Source of the DNA: the human T2T-CHM13v2.0 reference genome, Homo sapiens
DNA: 64,000 nt
NCBI RefSeq assembly: GCF_009914755.1
Contig: NC_060944.1
Strand: one strand, 5' to 3'
A program made the translations under genes and the position numbers. Each line of letters opens with the position of its first letter. Position 1 is the first letter of the stretch. The notes below the pieces were generated by a model. The model did not search any database, was not told the origin of the DNA, and saw only the letters and a list, made by a program, of their open reading frames with translations. Positions 13,455 through 27,880 of the stretch are shown here, piece after piece.

Positions 13455-15370
13455 GTGTGGCTGGCAAGATGGCCGAACAGGAACAGCTGAGCTCTGCAGC
13501 TCCCAGCAAGATCAATGTAGAAGGCATTTGATTTCTGCATTTCCAACGGAGGTACGGGGCTCATCTCACTGGGACTGGTTAGACGGTTGGTGCAGACCAC
13601 AGAGGGCAAGCCGAAGCAGGGTGCGGCACTGCCTCACCTGGGAAGCACAAGGGGTTGGGGAACTCCCTCCCCTAGCCAAGGGAAGCCCTGAGGGACTGTG
13701 CCACGAGGAACAGTGCATTCTGGTCCAGATACTACACTTTTCCCACAGTTTTCACAACCCGCAGACCAGGAGATTCCCTCAGGCGCCTACACCACCAGGA
13801 CCCTGGGTTTCAAGCACAAAATTGGGCAGCTGTTTAGGCAGACACCAAGCTGGCTGCAGGAGTTTTTTTGTTGTTGTTTGGTTTTTTTCACACCCCAGTG
13901 GCACCTGGAACACCAGTGAGACAGAACCATTCACTCCCCTGGAAAGGGGGTTGAAGCCAGGGAACCAAGTGGTCTAATTCAGTGGATCCCACCCCCACGG
14001 AGCCCAGCAAGCTAAGATCCACTGGCTTGAAATTCTTGCTGCCAGCACAGCAGTCTGAAGTCAACCTGGGACACTCAAGCTCGGTAGCAGGAGGGGCATC
14101 CACCATTACTGAGGCTTGAGTAGGCTGTTTTCCCCTCACAGTGTAAACAAAGCAGTGGGGAAGTTCAAATTAGGTGGAGTACACCACAGCTCCTCAAAGC
14201 TGCTGTAGCCAGACTGCCACTCTAGATTCCTCCTCTCTGGGCCTGGCATCTCGGGAAAGAAAGGCAGCAGCCTCAGTCAGGGGTTTATAGATGGAACTCC
14301 CATCTCCCTGGGACAGAGCACCTGGGGGAAGGGGCAGCTGCAGGTGCAGCTTCAGCAGACTTAAACGTTCTTGCCTGCTGGCTCTGAAGAGAGCAGCATA
14401 TCTCCCAGCACAGCGCTCGAGCTCTGCTAAAGGACAGACTGGCTCCTCAAGTGGATCCCTGACCCCCAGGCCTCCTGACTGGGAGACACCTCCCAGCAGG
14501 GGTTGACAGACACCTCATACAGGAGAGCTCCGGCTGGCATCTGGTGGGTGGCCCTCTGGGATGAAGCTTCCAGAGGAAGGAACAGGCAGAATATTTCCTG
14601 TTCTGCAGCCTCCGCTGGTGATACCCAGGCAAACGGGGTCTGGAGTGGGCCTCCAGCAAACTCCAGCAGACCTGCAGCAGAGGGGCCTGACTGTTAGAAG
14701 GAAAACTAACAAAACAGAAAGGAATAGCGTCAACATCAACCAAAATGACGTCCACACAAAAACCCCATTCGAAGGTCACCAACATAGAAGACCAAAGGTC
14801 AATAAATCCATGAGGATGAGGAAAAACCAGCACAAAAAAAGGCTGAAAACCAGAATGCCTCTTCTCCTCCAAAGGATCACAACTCCTCGCCAGCAAGGGA
14901 ACAAAACTGGACGGAGAATGAGTTTGACGAATTGACAGAAGTAGGTTTCAGAAGGTGGGAAATAACAAACCCCTCCAAGCTAAAGAAGCATGTTCTAACC
15001 CAATGCAAGGAAGCTAAGAACCTTGAAAAAGGTTAGACGAATTGCTAACTAGAATAACCAGTTTAGAGAAGAACATAAATGACCTGATGGAGCTGAAAAA
15101 CACAGCACAAAAACTTCGTGAAGCATACACAAGTATCAATAGCCAAATTGATCAAGCGGAAGAAAGGATATCAGAGATTGAAGATCAACTTAATGAAATA
15201 AAGCGTGAAAACAAGATTAGGGAAAGAAGAATAAAAAGGAACGAACAAAGCCTCCAAGAAATATGGGAGTATGTGAAAAGACCAAACCTACATTTGATTG
15301 ATGTACCTGAAAGTGACAGGGAGAATGGAACCAAGTTGGAAAACACTCTTCAGGATATTATCCAGGAGAA
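13455..15370 (+). mobile_element. L1PA7/8-like LINE-1 5' end (complete 5'UTR plus 5' ORF1), nested in the L1PB and 3'-truncated
   Basis: Starts ggcaagatggccgaacaggaacagct (L1PA 5' terminus). ORF1 starts at atgaggaaaaaccagc (~14817) and includes LTRITSLEKNINDLMELKNTA. It ends abruptly at caggagaa. Confidence 0.9.
13465..13474 (+). promoter_or_regulatory. YY1 site (CAAGATGGCC) of the L1 internal sense promoter
   Basis: Exact motif ~10 nt from the L1 5' end, the canonical position. Confidence 0.65.
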
Positions 15371-15399
15371 AAATGTTTAACCTGATTTGGTGTTTAATG

Positions 15400-16560
15400 A
15401 AAACTTCTGGGTAAAAGAGAAAGTTAAATTGGGATCTAGATGCTGATGAATAAATAGTAAGGCAAAGGGTAAATCAAGAGAGAAAAGGAATCTCTAAGAA
15501 GAGAGAATATGGTGCAAGATGGTCCAGAGGTTAGAGAAAGCATTGTGCATTCAAGGAACCACGGAATTCCAATGACCGAGTGTTGTGAATGAGAGTGGGA
15601 ATATGTGGGCAGAAAGACTGCTGAGAGGCAAGCAGGGGCCAGACTATAATGGGTTCTTTTAATAAGCCATGGACATGTATTATAAGAACAATGGGAAAGT
15701 ATTGAAGGACTTCAGGCAAAGGAATGCATATTTGTAGACAGAAAGATAATTCTGTCTACCCTGTGAGAAATGGATTGCAGAAAGACAACAGAGAGATCAA
15801 AAAAGACATTAAGAGGTTGATGCAGATATACAGGTTTAAAAAAATCTAGGTGAGATGGTTGGCCTGGGACCAAGGTAGTGACAATAGGGTTGGTGACAAG
15901 AGAAAAGGCCAGGAGATGTTTAAGAGGTAGAGTTAGAGATGGTTGATTTGACCTAGGAAAATAGGAAGAAGGACAAATCAAAGACCACATCCAGGTTTAT
16001 GAGAGGTAGCAGAAGGTGGTGTCATTCACTGAGATGGGTAATAGAGAAGCAAGATCCAGTTGGAGGGAGAAAGTAGTCAACTCATTTTTTGACAAGTTGA
16101 GTTTGAAGAACTGGCAGCTAAACTTAAAGATCTGGACTTCTGGAAAAAGTCTCAGTGGGATACTGTAACATCTTCAGTTTATCTTCAGCATGTCGACAGG
16201 AATCAAAGCCAGGGAAGTAGACAAGATCTTCCAGGGTAAGTTCATGGAGAAAAAAGAGAAAGGATGAAAAGAAAGTGAAGAACTTCAGAAAATTTAATAG
16301 ATTTCAGAGACAGAGTCCCAATTCAAGATGAAAAGCAAAGTGACAAGAAAAAAAGTTAACAGTAGTTTAGAAACGAGGTTATTTGTGCTTGAACTAGGAA
16401 AGAGGCAGGTGGAAGGAAAAGGAAATTAATTATAGAGAATATTTAGGAGGTATCAATAAGTCTTGGTGGCTGAGTGTACAGAAGATAAGATAGAAGGAGG
16501 AAAATAGGGGAATCTCAAGTTCTAGTTTGGGCAGATACGTGGATAGCAACATCACATCCA
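15400..16560 (-). mobile_element. L2 remnant
   Basis: Purine-rich degenerate L2-like phrases (gtggtgtcattcactgagatggg, gacaagttgagtttga). Boundaries approximate. Confidence 0.55.
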
Positions 16561-17089
16561 TTACAATGAAATGGTTCTGTTGGCAAAATGGTGGCCACAG
16601 ACAGCTTTGAGGACATAAAGGTTCTTGAGTTATAAAGGATAAAGAAACAGTTAAATCAAGCAGGAGACAACTCAGCATGCTTCCAGAGATGCAGGTTTCT
16701 CTGGTCCTAGTAGAGCTGACAATGTAACTGGGAAAATGGGATTTGAAGGGGAATTCTCCTTGGGCATTCTCACAGTGATCTCCATGGCCCCTAACCCCAC
16801 CAGCTGCACTGTTCTAGAGGCTCTTATCACCAGTCGGCCTGCTCCCCAGGTACAAGTAACTAATGCATAATAAATCAGCACATTTCAGAGCACAGGGACA
16901 AAGGCTGAACCAAATGTAAATTTCTCAGGTGTGGCATTTCTTGGAAGGCTTAGGCTTCAAATCTACAATCTATTTTCTAACCTTTCAGTGTATTTGCTCT
17001 ATTAAACTAGCAGGTCTAATCTTCTTGTTTATCTAAAGCAATTTCTTACATTTTATCAGGAAAAAAAATACGCATGAAAAGTTGTTTCC

Positions 17090-17510
17090 TAGAAAGCCTA
17101 CTCTGGGATGGGGGCCTGAATGCAGGAAGGTTATTGGGGTGTGCTCCTGGGATCAGCACCTGTGAGGCAGAGAAGGAAATGGCATGGCTCAGGAGGGAGG
17201 GGAGTTGGAGAGGAAAGAGGGGATGGAGTGAGTTGTGATGATGCAGACCCAGCAAAGGCCTCAACGAATCCCACAAGGAGTTCCGGAGATGAGAGGGCCT
17301 TTCAAGAGTCATCTGAGCTGAGGGAAGGGGGCTAGATCTTTTGACTCCTGCATTGATAGAAGCTGCCACCAGGGATCTTGGTGGAGGAAGATCCCTTCAG
17401 ACCCAGGCAATCCTCATGGAGCTGTAAGCCTCCAATGCTCCTAGCAACTAGGGGAATGGATGCATCAGTTCTGAACGATGGGCTATGGACATCAAATGGC
17501 AGCCTGCACT
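17090..17510. mobile_element. ERVL LTR (LTR16-like)
   Basis: Resembles the recalled LTR16 consensus (ggaaggttattggggtgtgctcctgggatcagcacctgt). Confidence 0.5.
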
Positions 17511-17833
17511 TCAACACTTGCCCCTGTTGCTACAAGAACTGCTCGAACCGCCCCACAGGAGAAATGCATTGCATTAAATAAATTAATGATTTACCTTTCT
17601 TTACAAAATAAATGGTTTCCATCCTATCTGATCTCTGTGAGGTCCAGAGCAATAGTCAATAGACTCATGTAGATAAATGTGCCTTTCACATGGCATACCT
17701 TTTATTATTTGTTCAATTTGAGTCCCGTTAGAGACTTACAGCATTTCAGAGTGACAGGTTCTAATTAACTGCAGTCACTATCTTTCTGATGGGACTTGAT
17801 CTCCCAACCCTGTCCATAGACTGACGCTTTAAC

Positions 17834-18110
17834 TTTTTTTTTTTTTTTTTTGAGACGGAGTCTCACTCTGTCACCCAGGCAGAGTAATGCAATCTCGGCT
17901 CACTGCAAACCTCCACCACCTGGGCTCAAGTGATCCTCCCACCTCAGCTTCCCGAGTGGCTGGGACCACAGGCATGTGCCACCACGCCTGGCTAATTTTT
18001 TATATTTTTGGTAAAGACAGGGTTTTGCCATGTTGCCTAGGCTGGTCTCAAACTGCTGACCTTAAGTGATCCATCCACTTTGGCCTCCCAAAGTGCCACC
18101 GCACCCAGCC
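17834..18110 (-). mobile_element. Alu (AluJ-like, internally deleted)
   Basis: T-tail plus reverse Alu; ctgggctcaagtgatcctcccacc. Confidence 0.9.
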
Positions 18111-18119
18111 CATCCTTAA

Positions 18120-18458
<339 letters not shown>

Positions 18459-19829
18459 TGATAGTATTCTTGCTTTCTGTAAATAAGCTGTCTGATGCAC
18501 ATTTTGAATTCTCTTGCTCAAAACATGAAACATCCTATTTCCAGTGACACTTCATTCTTTTCAGCAGAAATGAGCATTATTCTATTCTAAAAGCTGGTTC
18601 CTAGGAGTGCAGAATACACTGCCCCACATGACAAGCCAGCCATGGGCAAAATGACACCAGAAAAGAGAATGCATTCATGAAGTGATGGTGGAAAATAAAA
18701 ATTATGATTTTTTTAAAAGATCATAAGTGAATGTTCTTATATCCACCTTTACTCATTTACTCTTCTTTCCTTTTCTTAATCAAATATAAGAATTTATTAA
18801 TCCAATTTCACTATTTTCTCTTTCTCTGTGATGACTTGTCTCATACAGCCTTCCATTCAAATTAACGTGTTGTCCAAACTTATCTCTATTTATTTTTCCT
18901 TCTTTTTATTTCTAACTCAAATATTCTGAAATTGGTTCCCAAACATAAAGGCTCTGATCATCCTCTTTATCTGAATCACTTGAGTATTAACTGAAAAGAA
19001 TAGAAAAATCAAAACCTCCTTCCAAGACAGCACTAAAAAGCTCAAGTTAGACTCCACTAACAATCAGTAGATCTTAACAAAAAGGACAAGATGCAAAGTT
19101 AATATTTTGCTTAAATGCGACTCTTTAGTTTTGGGCCAAGAATATCTCTTTGTTTTAATAAAAGACAACTTTAGAGTTGAACCACAAGTTCTCAAAAGTC
19201 CCTAGATAATTTATTTTTGCAATGATGTAACAGTCCAACTTTGCAAAATCCAGAAGAGAATGTCAGCAAATATAATCAATTAATGTCGAGCATCATCAGA
19301 GATTAGAAAATACTTCAAGTGCAGCCAATTCTACAGGTCCGCATTTCTCAAGTCGCTATGGTCCCAATATCAAACAAGTTCTGCAAAATCCGATATAACA
19401 TGGCACCAATGGTAATTCTGTGTTCACATTAAATCCAGGTATTTCCTAGTACCCACACAAGTAAATCACAGACATTTCTGGCCCATCTTCAGAGATTTTT
19501 ACTCCCACCGAAAACAAAGTGGGTTCAGCAAGCTGCAGCTGTAGAAAATTTTAGGACAAATATCTAAATGTTTGCATAAATTATAAATTGTTATTTTGCA
19601 TCCACATTTTGCATCCTGATACATTAACAGTATTAGCCCAGAGAAACTTTCTTCTGAAGGATGAGGTCCATTAAGGTGACTGGGTATGAGATATGGTCTT
19701 GTCCAAAACAGACAGCCCAGGCACTGGTCTTCCTGTTTGGACCTGCATAGATCCGAACCCAAAGTTTCATTGGGGTATCTCTAGGAACGTAATATACTAA
19801 TAAGTATGCAGCTTATGGGATAGAAATAT

Positions 19830-20190
19830 TAGACCAGTGCTTTGCAGACTTGGCTACCCATTGGAATCACTGAGAACCTTTAAAAGATACAAATACCTAG
19901 GCTTTTCTCACAGATATCCTGATTTAATTGCTTTGTGATGCAGCCTTGGTAGTGGGGGGTGAGGCAGAGGGGAGGGCTGGTCAAACAAGCTTCCCAAGTG
20001 ATTCTCATCCGCATACAAAATTGCAAATCAGTGTTTTAGAGCAATGCTTCTCAAACTTCATCATGCACACAGATTATCTGGGGATCATGTTAAAATGCAG
20101 ATTCTGCTTCAATGGTTTTGGGTGGGGCCAAGATTCTGTAGCTATAAACAAGCTCCCAGGTGAAGCCAATGCTGCTAGTCTAAGACCACA
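19830..20190. mobile_element. Two MER5-like hAT-Charlie MITEs
   Basis: MER5-like phrases: ttggaatcactgag, acaagcttcccaagtgattct, gttaaaatgcagattctg. Confidence 0.6.
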
Positions 20191-20202
20191 TGTTGATCCT
20201 TC

Positions 20203-20695
20203 CGTAACCGAGCCCAGATTCATTCTGCTCATCACACGACACCCAATAAGTTGACAGACATGGAGTTGGAGCAAGGAAGGTGACCTTATTTCGAAGACCC
20301 AGCAGACCAAGAAGATGGTAAACTAATGTCCCAAAGAACCAACCGTCAACACAAATTTCAGTCTCTATGTTAAGGGCAGAGGGAAGACAATGGGGCTCTG
20401 TTCAAGAGGTGACCAAAGACCATGGACATCTGGGCACCAGCAAGGTTCTGTGGAGGTTTGGAACATTTTGGCCTTGACCAGGTCACAATGCTCCTATAAA
20501 TCTTTAACAAAACATAGTTGTTTACATATCTCCCCTTTAATCTCAGAGTTAAATTCAAAAAACTACATGACTGCTGTTTTTATGTTTTATTTCAGTGCCC
20601 TAAAATTATCCTAGCCTGTGTGCAGGAATGGGTAAAGGCTGCTTAAACAAAAATGGAATTTGCTGTGTTAGTTCTTTCGCTGTTTCACTGTTACG
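20203..20695. mobile_element. ERV1-type solo LTR (subfamily uncertain)
   Basis: About 490 bp with degenerate TGTAAC..GTTACA-like termini and MER4-group-like content. Confidence 0.45.
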
Positions 20696-21756
20696 TCGCT
20701 AGTATCGCCTGAGAGCTTGCTAGAACTCTCAGACCCAGCCCAGCATCTTTAGTTTATCATGATCCTCAGGTGATACAGATACACATTAAAGTTTGAGAAG
20801 CACTGCTATTCTAAAGGTTCTCAATTTGCAATTCGGCTACCACCTGCATTCAGGTGCAGGCAGCGCCATCCCTTGAAACCTCCAGGTGTCTATCCCCTTT
20901 CACATGCACAGCTATCCTACTATCCCTTACAGGAAAGATGGTCTTAGCCCATCTGTGCTTTATTGTGGTAGACTTTGGCAATTAACGGTTACAGATCAAC
21001 AGCTGATAATACCAGATCAATGCTTTACAACCTTGGCTGCACATTGTAGCTGTTCTGCCCCACACATTCATCATTACTAGCTTTCTGTCTCCGGTACTGC
21101 CTCCAATATCTCTTTTACCACCCCCACAAACTCCACCCTTGGAGCCCTCAAGCCCTTGATTTTAAGATCTTTTCATTCTCCTGTTATATTTCAGGTTCTC
21201 TTTTCCTTTCTTCTAACCATCTTAAATTCCATGGGCTTTGAAACGACCTCATCTTGATACCCACCCCCATGCTGACTGGTCGCCCTTCAAATTCAGCACC
21301 ACTAGCCTCAAGATAGCCCTTGGTGCTGCCTGCCTATCACTCTGTTACTTAGGGCCTCTAGTCACTGACTGTTCTAAGTGGCAACTTCGTACTTTCCCCT
21401 TTCCCCTCAAACCTGCAACATTTCTTGTACCTCCTGACTTTCAGCTAATAATCTTGCTTCTATCAACTACAGAAAAAAAATAAGCTTTTAAAGAATTAAA
21501 ATTACTTTTATTTAGCAGTCTTCCTGAGGACTGTAGACTGAAGCCTAGAGCCTCAGAGTAGCCCTTTAGACAGATCCTATCAGACTGCTCCAATGCAGCA
21601 TTTCAGTTCACAGTTTATATACAGGTAGCAAAGATTCAGTATACGCAAAATCGCATCTAAGTTTGGGTGCAAGAGTACATCTGATTATAGTTTACAGAAG
21701 CATAACCACTAACCCCATCAGACATTAACTTATGTGTAGGAGAAGGCAAGAGCTAA

Positions 21757-21758
21757 AG

Positions 21759-21801
<43 letters not shown>

Positions 21802-22537
21802 TCTGGGGGATTGTCCTACTTTATTTATTTTTTAATTTTTTTTATTTGTATGAATTTAAGGGGTAAGAATGCAGTTTTGTTACATAGATATATTGTGTAG
21901 TGGTGAAGTATAGGCTTTTTGTATAACCATCACCTGAATAATGTGCATTGTACCCATTAAGTAATTTCTCATTCCCCTACCTCCTCCCACCCTCCCACCC
22001 TTCCAACTTTCCAGTGTCTCTTATTTTACTCTCTACATCCATGTGTGTGCATTATTCAGCTCCCACTTAGAAGTGAGAACATGTAGTATTTGACTTTCTG
22101 TGTGTGAGTTGTTTCACTTAAGATAACAGCCTACCATTGCATCCCTGTTGCTGCAAAAGACATAATTTTATTCTTTTTTGTGGCTGAATGGTATTCCATT
22201 GTGTGTGTGTGTGTGTGTGTATGCACACACCACATTTGCTTTATCCAATTGTTGATGGACTGTTAGGTTGATTTCACATCTTTGCTGTTTTCAACGGTGC
22301 TACAATAAATACATATCTTTCTGATATAATAATTCCTTTTCCTTTGAGTAAATACCCAGTAGTGGGATTGCTGGATCAAATGGTAATTCTATTTTTAGTT
22401 CTTTGAGAAATCTCCATACTGTTTTCCATAGAAGTTGTACTAATTTAATTCCCACCAACAGTGTATAAACATCCTTTTTTCTCCACAATCTTGCCAACAT
22501 CTGTTATTGTTTTGGCTTTTTAATAATAGACATTCTG
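21757..22537 (-). mobile_element. L1PB/L1MA-like 3' end with (TTTA)n tail, inserted into an LTR-like element (~21470-22730)
   Basis: ORF 22300-22500 encodes the ORF2 C-terminus ([27 protein letters not shown]). Tail at 21757-21800; imperfect TSD aagt(t/a)atttat. Confidence 0.85.
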
Positions 22538-22739
22538 AAGTAATTTATCTTTTGAGGAATACCGTGACTCAGGGAAGAGACATGGGGGTGCATATGCTCT
22601 ACCTTGTTTTGTCTTCGAAGCATCTTTCTAGAAAGCTGCATATCATCACAGAGTCAGGGGCCTTGTGAAATTATGCAGGCAAGCAGAAATGAGGAAAAAA
22701 CAGCTTCTAACATTTGTTACTTTGTCTCACACTTCCTAT

Positions 22740-23550
22740 TTCATTGAGAAAATAGAAAAAGGTCAGCCCATCCACCTGCCCCCTCCACCACCTACCTGCT
22801 ATTGTGCTCATATACTTGGCCTTCCACCTGCCACCACGGGACAGGTGTCTGGGTTCCTATCGAGGCCACCTGTGCGCTAGCTCACAGTCATCAGCAGTCA
22901 TTCAGCCTTGACACATCCAAAACTGTGGGTTGAGTTTCCCCTCCAAACCTGTTCTTTTCACAATCTCCAGGTAAGTAAATGGCAACTCCACCAGTCCAGG
23001 TGCTCTGGACAAAACCTGTGAGTCAGCTTTGACTCAGCTCTTTCCTTTGTACCCAAAGTCAAATCTGTAGGCCAATACTGTCAGTTGTATGTTCCAAATA
23101 CACTGTATTTGTTATCAGACTACTTCTTACCACCCCTGCTGCTACAAGCTTTGTCCAAACAACCATCTCCTCTCACCTCAGATGTACCCTGCTTCCACCC
23201 TTGAACCCAACAGTCTCTTCTCCACTAACAAGCAATGTGATGTTTAAAATCCTAAGTCAGGTCACAGCACATGTCTGGCCAGAACCCTTTAACATCTTCC
23301 CATCTCCTTCCAAGCAGAGCTGCCAGAGACTCTGCAGAACGCAGCCTCTCTTATGTCTCTAACTTCATCCCTTCTCCTCCTCTTCACTCCCAAGCACTGC
23401 TTCAGACACTAGGACCTCCTTGCTCTTCCTCAGACACTACCCACACGTGCCTGCCTCAGGTAATTTCCACTTACATAGCCCTCTGCCTGGAATGGCCCTC
23501 CCTAGGGTATCTGCATATCTCACTCTTTGACTCAGCTATCACCAAGAAAC
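22740..23550 (+). mobile_element. L2 remnant
   Basis: L2-like phrases: gtaaatggcaactcc, aaccatctcctctcacct, ccctctgcctggaatg. Confidence 0.6.
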
Positions 23551-25009
23551 CAATAGCTTTAAATGCAGCCAGAATCACTGGCCAACACAATCCCCCATCT
23601 CCCCCACCAGGCTTGGATCTAAATATCTTCTGGCTAAAAAGCAAGAAGGGGCGAAAGTTGTCCACAGTTGTATCTGGCAGAGCATGTGCCATAGGCTAAG
23701 AAGGCAACCCCAAAATACCAAAGGCCGAGAAATATTTTGCTAAATAAGATAACTGGTAAAATCAGATCATAGTCTCCCACAGTGAATACTCAACAGAGAC
23801 CAACATCTCTTTGTAGATATATATGTACAAGATATATATTTTTATTTGTATAATACAGAAACATATATATTTACACACACACATATCACTTGCACAAAGC
23901 CAGTATGTGAATGAGCGGGTTAAGACAAGCCCGAATGAAAAGCCACTTCTTAAACTAATGTTTTCTTCTTTTTCCTTTTTATTATGGAATTAGTGCACCA
24001 AAGCAAGCATTATTTTATCTTTGTGCATGCATTTTTTCTGTCTCTTCTGTGCACTTAACTACACTTAACGTTCGTGTGTACTTACTCTGTCCTTTATGGG
24101 ATCACATCATACATCTTGTGTGACTTGTTTTTTTCCCCTAACTCTGGCTTTGAAGATATTTATATGCCAATACAGAACTACTTCATTCCTTTTAATAGCT
24201 GCACGATATTCCATAATATTCCATGATACTCCATATATGGGAATGCCATAATATACTTATTCCCATTTTTATTTTCATAAATAACTTGTCCATGATCAGT
24301 ATATGCATTTATTCTAGGATAATTCCTGGAAGTGGCTTTCTGAGTCCAAGGCATGCACATTTTAACTTCTGAGACATACTGCCAATTTGCCTTTCAAAAA
24401 TGCTTGCCTAGACCGACTCCAGTGAACAGTATCTAACAATGCATGCTTCCTTGCCAGCACTTGGTAGATTGATTATTATCAACATTTAAAAATTGTTTGG
24501 CTAATCTGATGGGTGAACATTATTTATTTTTGTCTTAATTTGCATTTTCCTGATTAATAGTATGACTGCACTTCTTTAAATATACTTTTTAGTTCTTCAC
24601 ACTTAACTCTTCTCAGACTGGCAGTTCCTATCCTTTGCTCATAATTTTATTAAACTTTTTGAAAATTGATTTAGAGGAACTCTATGTGCTCTTATATCAA
24701 TAATTTTTCCATTAAATGTGTTTTAAATATTTCTCCAATTCTGTTTCTTGGCTCTTAACTTTATTTGCATTATATTTAGCCGCACATAAATGTGGAAACA
24801 TTTATGTTTTCATTGTTGTTATTAGTTTTGATGTTAGTTTTCTTTTTTTCTCTTTGGGAAGGGGTGTTAGTCGTGTTTATAAAATGTTCCTACAGTTTCA
24901 TTCAGAACTTTTGTGATTTGGGCTTTTATTTTAAACATTTGGTCCATAAATCTATTCATCCATCTAGTTTATTTCTATGTGCTGTCTGAGGTAAAGGACT
25001 ATTTTTTAA

Positions 25010-25985
<976 letters not shown>

Positions 25986-27169
25986 AATGGTTCATTTTTA
26001 ACTCAGTTATATGAAATGTTGACCTATTTTCCTATTATTTGGGTAACTCTACAAGTTTTTAGATAATTCTTTAAGATTTTCTTTCTGTGTATACTTTAGA
26101 ATTAGCTTGCGAGGTATAGAATTTGGAAAAAACTGGCCATTTTCATTAAATCTATAGGTTATCTTTGGAAAATATGATGTCTTCATAGCAGTCTTCCTGT
26201 TCAGAAATCTGTCTCTCCATTTCTTTACGTATTTCTTATGTTCTTTAGTAACAATTTATAATTTTCTTTATAAAAGTCTTACCATTTTCTCTTATGGGAC
26301 ACAATTTTTAATCATGACATAATTTGAATATTATCTTTTTCCCATACCATTTTCTAGTTAGCTATTGATAACATATAGCAAAGCAATTGTTATTTTTATA
26401 TTCTAACCTCAAATGCTACCACCTTAATAAATTCACTCCTTCACAGTGTCTCAGATAGTTGCATTGGAATTTCTTGGAATTTTTCATGGGTGACATGAAA
26501 AATTGTACATATATTATCTTTGGGGTTTGATATTACAATAAACTTATTAATTGTCATATTTAACTCCTCTAAACTTACTTTTTTCTCTACTGAACTTTTT
26601 AAAATAAATGTATATTAATGCCTTTCACTGTGATTGTAAATTTGTTAGAGTTTTTTTTTTTTTTTTCTAAAGTGTTTCTGTGTAACTATCAGATACATAA
26701 AAGTCCTTGGCTCTAATAGTTCTTGGTGAATTTTTCCTTTTATTATGCTTTTTACCTTATATTCTAGTTTACCTTCTATTATTATTTATGTACCTTTTTT
26801 CCTTCAATAGCCATCTCTTTCTTTTATCTTCAGCATTTCCGGAAAATGTATGTCTCTTATAAGCAACAAATAGATTGAAATACAAAAAAAGTTGTATTTT
26901 AATAATGTATTCTATTAACACTTATTTAAACCATATGAAATTGCTGTTTTGATAGGTTAAAAATGGTCAAACATTGGCAATTCCATATGGTTAAACGTAT
27001 TATAATACTGTAATTACATATTTATACTGATTCCTGCCATATTTTTTACATTCATATCTTCTTTTATTTTTATTTTTTATTTTAAATACTTCTCCTTTTA
27101 TACTTAGTACAGTTGTTTTTCTTTTAACATATATGCATTTTTTTACTTCTCCTTTTTTAAAAACTTCAA

Positions 27170-27880
27170 GCTTTTTAAAAATTCTAAATATTTATAGTGT
27201 ACAATATGATGCTTTGATATATATATACATTGTGAAATAATTATAACTGTCAAGCTAATAACATATCCATCATTTCACATAGTTACCATTTTCTTCCTTT
27301 TTTTGGTGAGAACATTTAGGATCTACTTTCTTATTAATTTCAAGTATACAATATATTATTAACTATAGTCACCATGCTGTACATTAGGTCTCCACAACTT
27401 ATGCGTACAACATAATTGAAACGTTGTACCCTTTGACCAGTATCCCCCTATTTTCACCATGCCCCCAGGCCTGGCAACCACCATTCTACTCTCTGCTCCT
27501 ATGATTTCAATGTTTTTAGATTTCACACGTAAGTGAGATCATATGCAGTAGTGTTTCTTTCTAATAGTGTTACAGTTTCAGGTCTTACATTTAAGTATTT
27601 AATCCATTTTGACTGCATTTTTATATATAGTATGAGAAAAGAATCCAATTTCATTATTCTGCATATGTATATCCAATTTTTCCAACACCATGTATTGAAA
27701 AGGGTCTCCTTTCCCCATTGTGTGTTTTTGGCTCCTTTGTCGAAGATCCATTACTGTGAATGCATGAATTTATTCCTGGGCTCTCTATTCTGTTCCATTG
27801 GCCTATGTGTCTGTTTCTATGCCAGTACCATGCTGTTTTGATTACTGTACCTTTGTAGTATATTTCAAAATCAGGTAGTG
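27170..27880 (-). mobile_element. L1MA-like 3' end joined to an L1 ORF2 fragment
   Basis: gtcaagctaataacatatccatc..ctggcaaccaccattctactctctg (3'UTR), then ttcaggtcttacatttaag..gccagtaccatgctgttttg (ORF2). Confidence 0.75.

Noticed and set aside
13528-14935. Several overlapping 70-150 aa ORFs on both strands, possibly L1 ORF0
   Set aside because: They fall in the GC-rich L1 5'UTR where stops are rare. I could not confidently identify an intact ORF0.
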